Positions 9,170-18,837 of a DNA stretch of 64,000 nt are shown here, piece after piece (within the stretch, counting starts at the first letter, position 1; each line of letters opens with the position of its first letter). The notes below the pieces were generated by a model, which did no database searches, was not told the DNA's origin, and saw only the letters and a program-made list of their open reading frames with translations. Origin of the DNA: Pseudomonadota bacterium (GTDB lineage: Bacteria > Bdellovibrionota_B > Oligoflexia > Oligoflexales > CAIYRB01); NCBI GenBank assembly GCA_031416315.1, contig JANOTL010000202.1, positions 14,257-78,256 on the forward strand, given 5' to 3'. The translations under genes were made by a program, and so were the position numbers.

Positions 9170-10057
9170 ATGTTCCCAACGTTTGTCCGCGCCCGCGTGG
9201 CCTTGATCCTGCTTGTCTTGGTGGCGGTGACGGCCCAAGGTTGCCGCACCCCGCGCCGCAGCGTCCGCGTCGGCGGCGACGCCGCGACCCTCAAGGTGCA
9301 GATGGGTGGACTCGATCAAGCCGCTCTCGGGCGCACCGACTGGCTGTATGAGCTCTCGGGCTGCGTCCCCGTCCTAAACGGCGCCCTAGAGGGCTCTGAC
9401 CTCGTCGTCTTCAAGGCCATGGGCCTGAAAAAAGGTCTGGCCGGCTGCCAGCTGCGGGTGCGGCTTTTGAACTCGACCCCGGGCATCAGCTTTGCCGCCG
9501 GTACCGAGCCGAACGTCCTTTTCTGGGCGCGCGAGCTCATCATCTCCCAAGACGCCGGCGGGCACCTCGTCGCCAAAGCGCCCCTACAGAAGCTCTTCAC
9601 GATCGCTCCGTCCGCCCAGGCAAAGAAGAACTTCACCCTGAAGGTGCCGGTGAAATTCAAGCTGCCGGAGGCCGGCACGCCGATGACGGCAGCGCTCACC
9701 TGCACGCCCCTGATCGCCAATATCGGCCTTTATCCCGACGGCAACCCGGTGGAGGGCGAGTTCACTTTCGCCGTCGCCATCGACCAGGAAACGCCGTTCA
9801 AGTGCACCGAGATGCAGGTCGGGATCGCCGGCACGAAGAGGCGCTACAGCGCCACGTTCGAAGGCGGTAGCGTCGACATCCAGGCCGTGCCGGACCAGAC
9901 CGTGACGACCGCGGCGCTCGAGCTCGAGTTGCAGGAAGGCCCCGACGGGGACGGCGGCGGCGTTCAGGTCGAGGTCGAGTCCAAAGACTGCAACAGCGAC
10001 GGCAAGATCTTCGACACCGCGACGAAAGAGTGCGTCGACAAGCCGGCCGCGAACTAA
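9170..10057 (+). CDS. beta-rich lipoprotein of unknown function
   Basis: Start moved to ATG 9170; LILLVLVAVTAQGC lipobox; Cys pairs; C-terminal CNSDGKIFDTATKEC. Confidence 0.7.
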   Translation: MFPTFVRARVALILLVLVAVTAQGCRTPRRSVRVGGDAATLKVQMGGLDQAALGRTDWLYELSGCVPVLNGALEGSDLVVFKAMGLKKGLAGCQLRVRLLNSTPGISFAAGTEPNVLFWARELIISQDAGGHLVAKAPLQKLFTIAPSAQAKKNFTLKVPVKFKLPEAGTPMTAALTCTPLIANIGLYPDGNPVEGEFTFAVAIDQETPFKCTEMQVGIAGTKRRYSATFEGGSVDIQAVPDQTVTTAALELELQEGPDGDGGGVQVEVESKDCNSDGKIFDTATKECVDKPAAN

Positions 10058-10140
10058 GGGCGCATAAGGGCAACAACTGCCCACCGCCACGTTGCTGACG
10101 GCATACTAGCGCCGCCTCCCTTCCCCTAAAATGAAGGGGA

Positions 10141-12489
10141 ATGAGTCTTCGCCGCCCTACCGCCTCCGATTCTTTCGGACGCGACGCCCTGCCCAAGGCA
10201 CGTGCGTTCGCGAGCTCGGCTGCGCTGTGGGCGATCGTCGCGAGCGCCGTCTACTTCTCCAGCGCGCATACCGCGCTGGAAGATGCGGTCGCGACGCCTA
10301 TGGCCCAAGCGTGGCGCGACCTTGGAGCGCCGCGAGTCAGCTTCGCGCCGCAGCTGAAGATTTTCGCGTACGACGACGAGGCCGTGCTGGCGCTCCAGAG
10401 CGAATCGCCGCCGGTTGCCGATTGGGCTCGGGTCTTCGGCGCGCTGGCGGCGCAAGCTCCAGCCTCGGTCATCGTCGACGAGTCTTTCGCCTTCCTACCG
10501 GTCGAGTCGGACGCGGCGCGCGCGGCCGTGTCGGAGCTCGCCGCCGCGGCGAAGAAGCTTCCAAATCTCACGGTGGCGGCCTTGGTCGACGAGCAAGTTG
10601 CGCCGGGACGGGCGGCGCTCATGATGGACCGCGAGGACCTGCGGCTAGACCCGCGCGCGAAGCTCTCGACGCGGCCGCTCGAGGTTTACGGGCCTCACCC
10701 TTCGCTGCGCGACGCCTTCGCCCACATCGCGCATTTCCGCGTCGCGCGCGGCGGACGCATCGAGCCCTGGCTCCGCATCGCGGAGGGACGGGCCCTGCCG
10801 CACGCCTCGGTTTTCGCCGTCCGCCGCGGCCGCGACCTCCAGGCACCGCTCTTGCCGCTCGACCGCCGGAACATGCTGAGCTTCGAGCTGCCGTCGCGGC
10901 AAGCCTTCAAGCAGCATACGCGCTCCTTCCTCGGCGCCATCCTCGCCGCGCGCGCCGGGCGGCCGATTCCGGGCGTCGAGGCGGGCGACACGGTGCTGAT
11001 CCTGACGCACTTCTTCGCCGGCGCCCGCACGGAGGTCGAGACGGCGCGCGGGAAGATGCCGACGGGCGCCGTGTTGGCGAGCGCGATCGACTCGGTCCTG
11101 CGCGCGCAGTTTTTAACGCCGGTGCCCGACGCCTCGGGGAGCGTCCTGCTCTTCATCGTGCTGGCGGTGGCCGGCGCCGCGGCAGGCGCCTACCTCGTGC
11201 CTCTGACCGCTTTGCCCTTGATTCTCCTCTCAACGACGGCCCTCGCGGCACTCGGGATCTTCGCTACGGCGCGGCTGGGAGCGGTCGTCCCCTGGATTCC
11301 GGCGGCCGCGGCGACGGCAGGGGCAGGACTTCACGCCGCGTACACGCTCGCGTCGTGCCGTGAGCGCATCAACCGGCGCGTGCGCGAGGCGCTGAAGGGC
11401 GCGGTGCCCGAGGCCCGGCTCGAGAAGATCTTGCGCTCGGGCGCGAGCCTCGCGATCGCGCCGTCTGAGCGCGTGGTGACGGTGATGTTCGTCGACATCG
11501 CGAACTTCTCCATCGCGGCCGAGCGGGCGCCGCCGCAAGAGACGTTCCTACACCTTCGCCAGGTGCTGCGCGACGCGACGCGCACCGTCCATAAGTACGG
11601 CGGCACCGTCGACAAGACGCTGGGCGACGGGATGCTCTGCTTCTTCGGTTACAGCTACGACGGCGAGGTCATCGAAAACCAGGCCGACCAGGCGATGCGC
11701 TGCGCCGTCGAGATGCAGCGGGAGAACGTCCGTCGCTGCGTCGACGCCGCGCGCGCCGGCAAGCCGATGCTCGCCTTCCGCATCGGCCTCAACACCGGCG
11801 CGGTCTACATCGGCGACATCGGCACCGACGAGCGCCTGGATTTCACGGTGATCGGCAACGGCGTCAACTACGCGAAGCGCCTCGAGGCCGCCTGCGACTT
11901 GAACCACATCATGCTGAGCCCGACGACGCTCGACTTCGCCACGAGCTTCGCCGTCGACCAGCCGGGCTTCAAGAAGCGTTTGATCCACGTGAAGCATCAG
12001 AAAGATCTGATCGAGGCGATCGAGCTCGACCCGATCCACGACGAGCCGGAGCTTGCCGAGGCGGCGCGGGCCGAGTTCCGCCGCGCGTTCAACTTGGACC
12101 GTAAGGATCAGCGCTGGCCGGTCCTCGAGCCGAGCCGCTTCCGCATCCTGTCGGAGTTCGGCAAAGTGCTCCTCGTCGACTTTTCGTTCACGGGCGCCTG
12201 CGTGCGGCTCGGCTCTTATCTGTCGAAGGGCGTGATGTTCGACCTCGAGCTGGGGCAGGGCCAGCCGGAGCTCGCGGCTAAGCTCGAGGCGAAAGGCCTG
12301 ACGCCTCTGCGTTGCGAGGTTCGGTGGGGGCGACCCGAGTCGGAGGAAGAAGGCGTGTCGGGCGCCTTCCTGCACGGCTTGAAGTACGTGAACCTCTCCG
12401 AGCTGCAGATGAAGGCTCTGCTCGACATCCTGCGCGACTCGTTCGCGGCGGGAAGCGGCGGCGCGCCGAAGTTGAAGGGCGCTGGCTAA
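10141..12489 (+). CDS. membrane class III adenylate cyclase with CHASE2-like sensor and C-terminal PilZ
   Basis: VMFVDIANFS, VDKTLGDG, RIGLNTG, DFTVIGNGVNYAKRL; 3 TM before the cyclase; RKDQR...DFSFTG. Confidence 0.88.
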   Translation: MSLRRPTASDSFGRDALPKARAFASSAALWAIVASAVYFSSAHTALEDAVATPMAQAWRDLGAPRVSFAPQLKIFAYDDEAVLALQSESPPVADWARVFGALAAQAPASVIVDESFAFLPVESDAARAAVSELAAAAKKLPNLTVAALVDEQVAPGRAALMMDREDLRLDPRAKLSTRPLEVYGPHPSLRDAFAHIAHFRVARGGRIEPWLRIAEGRALPHASVFAVRRGRDLQAPLLPLDRRNMLSFELPSRQAFKQHTRSFLGAILAARAGRPIPGVEAGDTVLILTHFFAGARTEVETARGKMPTGAVLASAIDSVLRAQFLTPVPDASGSVLLFIVLAVAGAAAGAYLVPLTALPLILLSTTALAALGIFATARLGAVVPWIPAAAATAGAGLHAAYTLASCRERINRRVREALKGAVPEARLEKILRSGASLAIAPSERVVTVMFVDIANFSIAAERAPPQETFLHLRQVLRDATRTVHKYGGTVDKTLGDGMLCFFGYSYDGEVIENQADQAMRCAVEMQRENVRRCVDAARAGKPMLAFRIGLNTGAVYIGDIGTDERLDFTVIGNGVNYAKRLEAACDLNHIMLSPTTLDFATSFAVDQPGFKKRLIHVKHQKDLIEAIELDPIHDEPELAEAARAEFRRAFNLDRKDQRWPVLEPSRFRILSEFGKVLLVDFSFTGACVRLGSYLSKGVMFDLELGQGQPELAAKLEAKGLTPLRCEVRWGRPESEEEGVSGAFLHGLKYVNLSELQMKALLDILRDSFAAGSGGAPKLKGAG

Positions 12490-12534
12490 TCCCGGCACCC
12501 GGTTGATCGCTGCGCCCGCGCGGGCGCGAGCGCG

Positions 12535-12575
12535 AAAAACAAAAGAAAGTGCCCGACTCGCGAAGCGAGCCGGGC
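12535..12575 (-). terminator. intrinsic terminator downstream of the 12675-13751 gene
   Basis: Minus strand gcccggctcgc-ttc-gcgagtcgggc followed by actttcttttgttttt. Confidence 0.8.
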
Positions 12576-12674
12576 CAGGGGGAGCGTGCGTGATGGTCCT
12601 CTTGTTTCCCTTTCGGGACTCAAGCTTTCAGAGTGGGGACGGAAGCCGCGAAGGCAGCGCGGACTTCCGGGAGG

Positions 12675-13751
12675 TCAGTAACCCGAGACGTATTCCGTGG
12701 ATTTCGTCGTCGGGATTTTCGTGCCGGCGTGGGAGCTGAAGATCAGCCCGTCGTTGCCGGACACTTCGCCTTTACGATTCAGCTTCCAGCTGCCGGCGAG
12801 GGTCGCCATCATGCTGCCCGTCGCGGCGCCGTCAATGCCGTCGTCGTCGTGGTCGGCAAAGGACGAGTAGTCCCTTTTCGACGCGCGGCGACGGAGGAGG
12901 AGCGCGGTGAGGAGGAGCAGGAGGGCGCCGCTCGCGAGCGAGCCGTAGCGGATCAGTTCGTTGGTGCGCGTCGGCGTGGCGCCGGCGACTTCGATCGAGA
13001 CCATGCTGGACCAGGCGAGGCCGAACATCGGGTCAGTTTGGTCGGAGAAACGGTCGGCCATGTCGGTGTAGGTCGTGAGGAATTGCTTCTCGCCGCCAGA
13101 GACGAGGACGTTCATCTGCATCATGCGGTACTCGCCGAGCTCGTACGCGCCGTAAACCAGGAGTCCGTCGTTCTCGCCGCGATAGTTGAAGAACTTGTGC
13201 TCGATGATCTGGTAGTTCGCGACGGAGCCGTCTTCGCCGAATTGCTTCACGAGCTGCGCTTCGAGCTCGGTGGCGCGGCGCTCGTCGATCGGCGAGGCCT
13301 TTTGCAGGACCGCGACGGTCACGTTGCGGCGGTACTTCGCCTTGTCGTAAGCCGGGTTCTTGTCTTCCGGCTCTTTCATCACGAAGGAGAGGTTGCCGGT
13401 GTAGGTGTTCACTTCCCAGCCCGCGATCGGGCTGATCTTGAAGCCGAGCTCTTCCATGGCGAAGGCTTGGCCGTCGCTGATGAAGGATTTCGACTCGGGG
13501 ACCACCGGAGCGGTCACGGCGGGCACGGTCTCGGTCGAGGCGACGGGGGCGGCGTCGAGCGCGGCGGCCGGTGCTTCGGGCGCGGCGGCGGTGCCGTTGG
13601 CGCCGTTGAGGTCAGTCTCGACGAACTCGCTCTTCGCGGCCCATTTGGGCGCCGAGGGGAGCTTGGTCGGGACGCCGGTTTCGGCGTGGGCGCCGGTTCC
13701 GGCGAGAAGCGCGATGACGACGGCTGAGCAAAGTGCAGGACGCATGGACAT
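12675..13751 (-). CDS. exported PsbP/DcrB-like fold protein with C-terminal TM anchor
   Basis: Signal peptide (AHA); FKISPIAGWEV...NVTV...QFLTTYT...SIEV pattern; TM LLLLLTALLL-RRR. Confidence 0.6.
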   Translation of the reverse strand: MSMRPALCSAVVIALLAGTGAHAETGVPTKLPSAPKWAAKSEFVETDLNGANGTAAAPEAPAAALDAAPVASTETVPAVTAPVVPESKSFISDGQAFAMEELGFKISPIAGWEVNTYTGNLSFVMKEPEDKNPAYDKAKYRRNVTVAVLQKASPIDERRATELEAQLVKQFGEDGSVANYQIIEHKFFNYRGENDGLLVYGAYELGEYRMMQMNVLVSGGEKQFLTTYTDMADRFSDQTDPMFGLAWSSMVSIEVAGATPTRTNELIRYGSLASGALLLLLTALLLRRRASKRDYSSFADHDDDGIDGAATGSMMATLAGSWKLNRKGEVSGNDGLIFSSHAGTKIPTTKSTEYVSGY

Positions 13752-13933
13752 GGTGGGATCGACTCCGGAGCGGGGGAAGGGGGAGCGGGCGAATCAGCAG
13801 CAGCAGGGAGAGTTGGGAGTCGCGAGCCCGAGGGCGTCGTCGACAAAGACAGTTCTACTATGGCGACTTACTCATTGCAAGCCAATTCTATCAATATCAA
13901 AGATATTATAACAATATATTGATATCATTACTA

Positions 13934-15739
13934 TTACGGCTGCGACAGACAATAGAGGTGCGTACTCGGGTCGGCGCAATAATTTGACCCCTGATTCAGC
14001 CAAGCTCGCCCCGTCCCATCGGTGTAGCCATGACTTCCCGGGGTGCTAGTCGCTGCGGTAGTCCAGGAACTACAATGATGCTGGCTGATTGCGCCTGTGG
14101 CGGTCGCGCCCGTCCAGACGCGAAGACTTGGGGATGCCGCGCCGAGCTCGTCATGGAATGCCGCTTCGCGCAATCCATCCGGCGAGAACAGCGCTCCGAC
14201 GGCGAAGAGCTGCTGCCCGCCCGCTGCACGCGTGTTGTTGATGGGTAGCGTCACGACGACGTGGTCTGCGGCAGCGACCGTCGCGGTCCCGTAGACGGCC
14301 TTCCAAGCAGCTCGGTAGAGCCCGGCCGCCTCGGCACGTTGAGCGCACACGAAGTCGAATCCGCTTGGCGACGCGTTGACGTTCGCCGCGACGGGAGACG
14401 CGGTGACGAACATCAAATGCGAGGCCGGGGGCGCTTCGCCTCCAGCGCCGGTCGTGGTGGTCGTGGTCTCGCCGCCGGTGGTCGTGGTGCCCGCGGTCGA
14501 CCCGTCGGTGCCACCGGTGTCATCCGCCCCATCGGCGCCGTCGGCGCCGTCGACCGTTCCCGTTCCACCCGTCGTGCCAGAATCGACCTTCGCCAGCGCC
14601 TCGTTCAGCGCGTCGGCGGCGGCACCGGGCGCCAACGCGCCCGCGAGGTACTTCCCGATCGTGTCGAGCGGCATGATGCCAACAGCTGCAAAGATCTTCT
14701 GCTGCTGCGCGCCTTCGGCGGGGAACTCGAGGAGGATGCGCTCGACGGTGTGGACGCGCGCGCACTGTTCGACTCCGCCGAGCCGACCGGGATCCTTAGC
14801 CAGCGCGGTGAACGCGCCGTCGACCGTCTCCAAGCCGAGGAAGCCGGCGGCGGCGCGGGCGGCATAGCGCTCGTTGTAGGAGCCGGCGGCGACTTGTTGA
14901 TCGACGACCGCGGCGCCGTTGCCCAGGTCCTGGGCTTCGGTCTGCTGCCGCGCGAGCGCGGCGTCGTCCTTGCCGGCGGCGTTGGCGACGGCGACGACGG
15001 CGAGGTTGGCCGAGAGTAGCTCGGCGGCGAGGCGGTCGAGGATCGACGCATCGCTCGCGGAGCCGAACTCGTCGACGGCCTTCCGCAGCACGGTACCGAG
15101 CTCGCGCATGCCGGCGACGTCGGCCACCCCGCGGGAGACGAGGGCGAGGCCATCCGCCGTCGCGGCGATGCGGGTGAAGAAGGCGGCGGCGAAATCCGTG
15201 GCGCGGCTGACGACGACGCCGACGTTCGTGTTGCCGAGCGGGGCAAGGACCGCGGCTCGGCCGTCGACGGTGACGACGAGGTAGCGGTCGCCGCGAACTT
15301 TCGGGAGGGCGAAGTGCTGGCCCTCGAAGCTGACGCGCGCGATTTCAGCGCGGATCAGGGTGCCGTTCTCGGCATAGGCTTCTTCGACGATCGCCTCGCG
15401 TGTTCCGGCCGTGAGGTTGGTGCCGGAGACGGAGACCGATTCGGCCGCCGGCGTGAAGTCGGCGTCGGCGACGTAGCCGCTGAGGCTCCCGCTGACAGGC
15501 GCGGCTTCCAGGAGGCCATCCTTCGAGGCGGTCCCTGGCGTCTGGCCTGCCGGGTCCACGACGACGGGAGAGCCCGCGGGCGAGGCCGGGTCGGTCTTGG
15601 CCGCGCCGTCACGACGCGTGCGCAGGTCGGCTTGGTTCGCTTTGCTACACGCGGCGACGGGAGCGGCCACCAACCCAGCGAGGAGCAGGGCGTAAGTCAC
15701 CGTTCGCGGCGCTTTTCTGCAGACGAAACCCGGGATCAT
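13934..15739 (-). CDS. lipoprotein with Thr/Gly linker and C-terminal DUF1554/endostatin-like (C-type lectin fold) domain
   Basis: VAAC lipobox; LMFVT...FDFVCAQRA..AGL...WKA...VWTGA...CSSWT...C...LYC. Confidence 0.75.
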   Translation of the reverse strand: MIPGFVCRKAPRTVTYALLLAGLVAAPVAACSKANQADLRTRRDGAAKTDPASPAGSPVVVDPAGQTPGTASKDGLLEAAPVSGSLSGYVADADFTPAAESVSVSGTNLTAGTREAIVEEAYAENGTLIRAEIARVSFEGQHFALPKVRGDRYLVVTVDGRAAVLAPLGNTNVGVVVSRATDFAAAFFTRIAATADGLALVSRGVADVAGMRELGTVLRKAVDEFGSASDASILDRLAAELLSANLAVVAVANAAGKDDAALARQQTEAQDLGNGAAVVDQQVAAGSYNERYAARAAAGFLGLETVDGAFTALAKDPGRLGGVEQCARVHTVERILLEFPAEGAQQQKIFAAVGIMPLDTIGKYLAGALAPGAAADALNEALAKVDSGTTGGTGTVDGADGADGADDTGGTDGSTAGTTTTGGETTTTTTGAGGEAPPASHLMFVTASPVAANVNASPSGFDFVCAQRAEAAGLYRAAWKAVYGTATVAAADHVVVTLPINNTRAAGGQQLFAVGALFSPDGLREAAFHDELGAASPSLRVWTGATATGAISQHHCSSWTTAATSTPGSHGYTDGTGRAWLNQGSNYCADPSTHLYCLSQP

Positions 15740-15770
15740 ACAATAAGTATCCTCTGGTCGACGGGCCCTG

Positions 15771-16520
15771 ATGGGATCGGCCGATTGCGGCAGAATTTTG
15801 AGGTACGCTATTTTTACGAAAATATTTCAGGTACTTATCCTCGCATTTGCGGTGCTTGCGAGCTTCGTGGCGGTACCGTCGAGCGCGGCGGGCGCCGGGT
15901 TTCCGGTCCGCTGCGTCGGCAAACCGGACGCGACGCGACGCGCGATCTTCCTGCACGGTCGGCGCCCGAGCTCGACCTCTTTCGTCGAGGCCGGCATGGT
16001 GGCGCCGCTCACCCAGCTCGCGGAGAAACTCGGCTACCGGATCGCGATTCCGGAAGCGACGACGCTCTGCCAAGGGCATGGGGCGCTCTATTGCTGGCGG
16101 GGCGAGCGCCTCGAGAACCTCGCGCGGACTTGGGCGGCGGTGACCGCGGCGGCGGCGGAGTGCTTTCCGAACGGCGCGCAGAGCGAGGATTTCGGCGTGA
16201 TCGGGTTCTCAAACGGCGGCTACCACGTGGCGAAGGTCGTGATGCGGGGCTTGGCGCCGCATCCCAAATGGGCCGTGTCCATCGGCGCTGCCGGGCATCT
16301 GGCCAACGCCGAAGGCGCCTCGGCGACCGCGAAGGCGATCCCATTCAGGGTGATTGCGGGAAAACGCGACAGCGTGCGACACGAGGCCCGCGCGTTGGCG
16401 TCGAGCTTGTCGGCGCGCGGCTACGCGACGGAGTTCCGCGAGGTCGAAGGCGGCCACGCGGTCCCGCTGGCCGAGCTCGAGGCGTTGATGGTGCGTTGGG
16501 GAGCGGTAGCGAGCCGATGA
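15771..16520 (+). CDS. secreted alpha/beta hydrolase (esterase); likely start TTG 15798
   Basis: IFLHG, GFSNGG nucleophile elbow, GKRD, GGH. Confidence 0.8.
   Translation: MGSADCGRILRYAIFTKIFQVLILAFAVLASFVAVPSSAAGAGFPVRCVGKPDATRRAIFLHGRRPSSTSFVEAGMVAPLTQLAEKLGYRIAIPEATTLCQGHGALYCWRGERLENLARTWAAVTAAAAECFPNGAQSEDFGVIGFSNGGYHVAKVVMRGLAPHPKWAVSIGAAGHLANAEGASATAKAIPFRVIAGKRDSVRHEARALASSLSARGYATEFREVEGGHAVPLAELEALMVRWGAVASR
15774..15801 (-). promoter_or_regulatory. sigma28/FliA-like promoter
   Basis: Minus strand TCAAA-N15-GCCGATCC upstream of 15739. Confidence 0.5.
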
Positions 16521-17125
16521 GCACCATCTATTGCATCGGCCGGAATTACGCGGAGCATGCGGCGGAGCTCGGCAACGCCGTCCCGACGACCCCAATCGTG
16601 TTCTTGAAGTCCCAAGGCGCGCTCCGGCGCGTCGACGAGGATGGCCTCGCCTACCCTACCGAGACGTTTCACCACGAGGCGGAGTTGGTCCTGCGGGTGG
16701 GGCGTGCGGCCGACCTCGGAGCGACTCCGGGCTGGGAGATCATCGACGAGGTGGCGCTCGGCCTCGATTTGACGCGCCGCGGCGTGCAAAGCGAGCTGAA
16801 GGCGAAGGGCCTGCCGTGGACGGCGGCGAAGAGCTTCGCCGGCGCGGCGGTGATCTCCGCCTTCGTGCCGCGGAGCGCTTTTCCCGATCCCGATCAGATC
16901 GAGTTCACGCTGAGCGTCGGCGGCGAGCTGCGGCAGCACGGCAATACGCGCGACATGATCTTCAAGGTGCCGGCGCTCCTCGCGCACTTGGCGTCGTCGA
17001 CGCCACTGAGGATCGGTGACCTGATCTACACGGGCACGCCTTCCGGAGTCGCGGGCATTCGGAAGGGCGACCCCTTCGTGCTGGCGTTTCCCGCGTTGGC
17101 CCTCGAGTTCAAGGGGACGCTTTGA
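16517..17125 (+). CDS. fumarylacetoacetate hydrolase family protein
   Basis: CIGRNYAEH, HHEAEL, DLTRR, AKSF, GDLIYTGTPSGV; ATGA overlap with the esterase. Confidence 0.92.
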   Translation: MSTIYCIGRNYAEHAAELGNAVPTTPIVFLKSQGALRRVDEDGLAYPTETFHHEAELVLRVGRAADLGATPGWEIIDEVALGLDLTRRGVQSELKAKGLPWTAAKSFAGAAVISAFVPRSAFPDPDQIEFTLSVGGELRQHGNTRDMIFKVPALLAHLASSTPLRIGDLIYTGTPSGVAGIRKGDPFVLAFPALALEFKGTL

Positions 17126-17337
17126 TGGAGGCCAAGATTCCTTGGTTCGTGGCCGGTCTGGCGTTCTCGATCATCGGCTTCGCCTATTTCCGCTACGGGA
17201 AGAAGCAGGCCAACGTGCCGATGATGATCGACGGCGTCATTCTGATCGGCTTTTCCTATTTCACGGATAGCTGGATCACGACGGCAGCCGTCGGCGCGGT
17301 GCTGACCGCTCTGCCGTTCGTTCTCAAATGGTGGTGA
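17125..17337 (+). CDS. small membrane protein
   Basis: TGATG overlap; hydrophobic segments; FSIIGFAYFRYGKKQ. Confidence 0.7.
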   Translation: MEAKIPWFVAGLAFSIIGFAYFRYGKKQANVPMMIDGVILIGFSYFTDSWITTAAVGAVLTALPFVLKWW

Positions 17338-17377
17338 CGCGATGGCACGACGCCCGACGACGGCGTGAAAGCGTGAG

Positions 17378-18682
17378 ATGAAGGGTCTCAGCGCGCTGAG
17401 ACATCCGAATTACCGCCTGTTCTTCACCGGTCAGGCGGTGTCGCTCATCGGCACGTGGATGACGCGGGTGGCTTCGAGCTGGCTCGTGTACCGCCTGAGC
17501 AACGATCCCTTCATGCTCGGGGTCGCGACCTTCGCGGCGCTGATTCCTTCGTTCGCGCTAGCGCCCTTGGCCGGAGTGATCGTCGATCGCAGCCGCAGCG
17601 TCAAGCGCCTCATCTTCCTGACGCAGGCCGCCGGAATGCTGCAGTCCTTGGGGATGGTGGCGGTGACCGTCTCGTCGCTCGCCCCGGAGACGGCGATCCA
17701 GCTGCTGATCGGCCTCAACTTCGTGCAGGGCGTGATCAACGCTCTCGACATGCCCAGTCGGCAGGCCTTCCTGCCGCGCATGGTGCCCGACCCGAAGGAC
17801 CTGCCGAATGCGATCGCGCTGAACGGGACGGTGTTTCACGCGGCGCGGCTCGTCGGGCCGGCGCTCGCTGGAGCTTTGGTCTCTTTATACGGTGAGGCGT
17901 GGTGCTTCGGGATCGACGCGCTGAGCTACGTCGCAGTCCTATGGGCGGTATGGGCGATCCGGATCGACGATCCCGCGGCGGCGGCGAGCGCGGCGGAGGC
18001 GGCGGTCGCGGGGCTCAGGGCGGATTCCTTCTACGGCAATCTGGTAGACGGGTTCCGCTATGCCTTCAGCTACTCGCCAATTCGAGCTGTGCTCCTGTTC
18101 GTCGCGTGCTTGAGCCTTTCCGGCATGCCTTATACGGTTCTCTTGCCGATCTACGCGAAAGAGATCTTGGGAGGCGGGCCGCGAGTCTTCGGCTGGATGA
18201 CGGCGGCCGCGGGATCGGGCGCCATGCTCGCAGCGGTCTACCTTGCGCGGCGCGAGCGGATCCAAGGCATCACGAACGTGATCATGGCCTCGGGCGCGGC
18301 ATTTTCCGTCGCCCTGTTCGGCTTCGCGACCTCGACGAGCGTGGCCCTTTCGCTGGTGCTCTTGTTCGTGCTCGGCTTCGGCATGATGGCGCAGTCGGCG
18401 TCTTGCATGACGATCGTGCAGACGATCGTGGATCCGGCAAAGCGCGGGCGGGTGATGAGCTTGTATTCGATGGCTTTCGTCGGCATGGCGCCGTTCGGCA
18501 GCTTGGCGGCCGGTTTCATGGCGAAGCATTGGGGGGCGCCGCGGACGCTCCAGATCGGAGCGGGGCTGTGCGCGGTGACGACTTGGTACTTTTCGCGGAA
18601 ACTGCCGGTCGTCAGGGAGGTGCTATCGCCGCCTGGGGCGGAAGTCGTGGTCGGGACGCCCGACGCCACGGTGACGAGCTAG
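17378..18682 (+). CDS. MFS transporter (transmembrane secretion effector type)
   Basis: NYRLFFTGQAVSLIGTWM, ARLVGPALAG, RGRVMS; about 12 TM. Confidence 0.9.
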   Translation: MKGLSALRHPNYRLFFTGQAVSLIGTWMTRVASSWLVYRLSNDPFMLGVATFAALIPSFALAPLAGVIVDRSRSVKRLIFLTQAAGMLQSLGMVAVTVSSLAPETAIQLLIGLNFVQGVINALDMPSRQAFLPRMVPDPKDLPNAIALNGTVFHAARLVGPALAGALVSLYGEAWCFGIDALSYVAVLWAVWAIRIDDPAAAASAAEAAVAGLRADSFYGNLVDGFRYAFSYSPIRAVLLFVACLSLSGMPYTVLLPIYAKEILGGGPRVFGWMTAAAGSGAMLAAVYLARRERIQGITNVIMASGAAFSVALFGFATSTSVALSLVLLFVLGFGMMAQSASCMTIVQTIVDPAKRGRVMSLYSMAFVGMAPFGSLAAGFMAKHWGAPRTLQIGAGLCAVTTWYFSRKLPVVREVLSPPGAEVVVGTPDATVTS

Positions 18683-18763
18683 GGGAGCCGCAGGCGGTTC
18701 GCCCGCCGCAGGACGTGAGCTCCAGACGCACCCTGGTTATGGTAAGTGCCTTTGAATCAAGTT

Positions 18764-18797
18764 TAGTTTCGCGCGAAACCGATTTCGCGCGGAACTA
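18764..18797. repeat. 15-bp inverted repeat between convergent MFS and mlaD genes
   Basis: tagtttcgcgcgaaa-ccga-tttcgcgcggaacta. Confidence 0.7.
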
Positions 18798-18837
18798 GAA
18801 GATGTCGTGAACGCGGGGCGCGCGCGGCTCGCTCGCC

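Noticed and set aside
13934..14420. DGR target (C-terminal CLec-fold domain)
   Set aside because: No reverse transcriptase and no template repeat seen in the window; a remote DGR cannot be excluded
15314..17125. 603-aa fusion ORF, likewise N-terminal extensions of 22042-23421, 33365-35068, 38246-39676 and 58154-59125
   Set aside because: Extensions are Arg-rich off-frame reads of neighbouring genes; internal starts with RBS or stop/start overlap fit better
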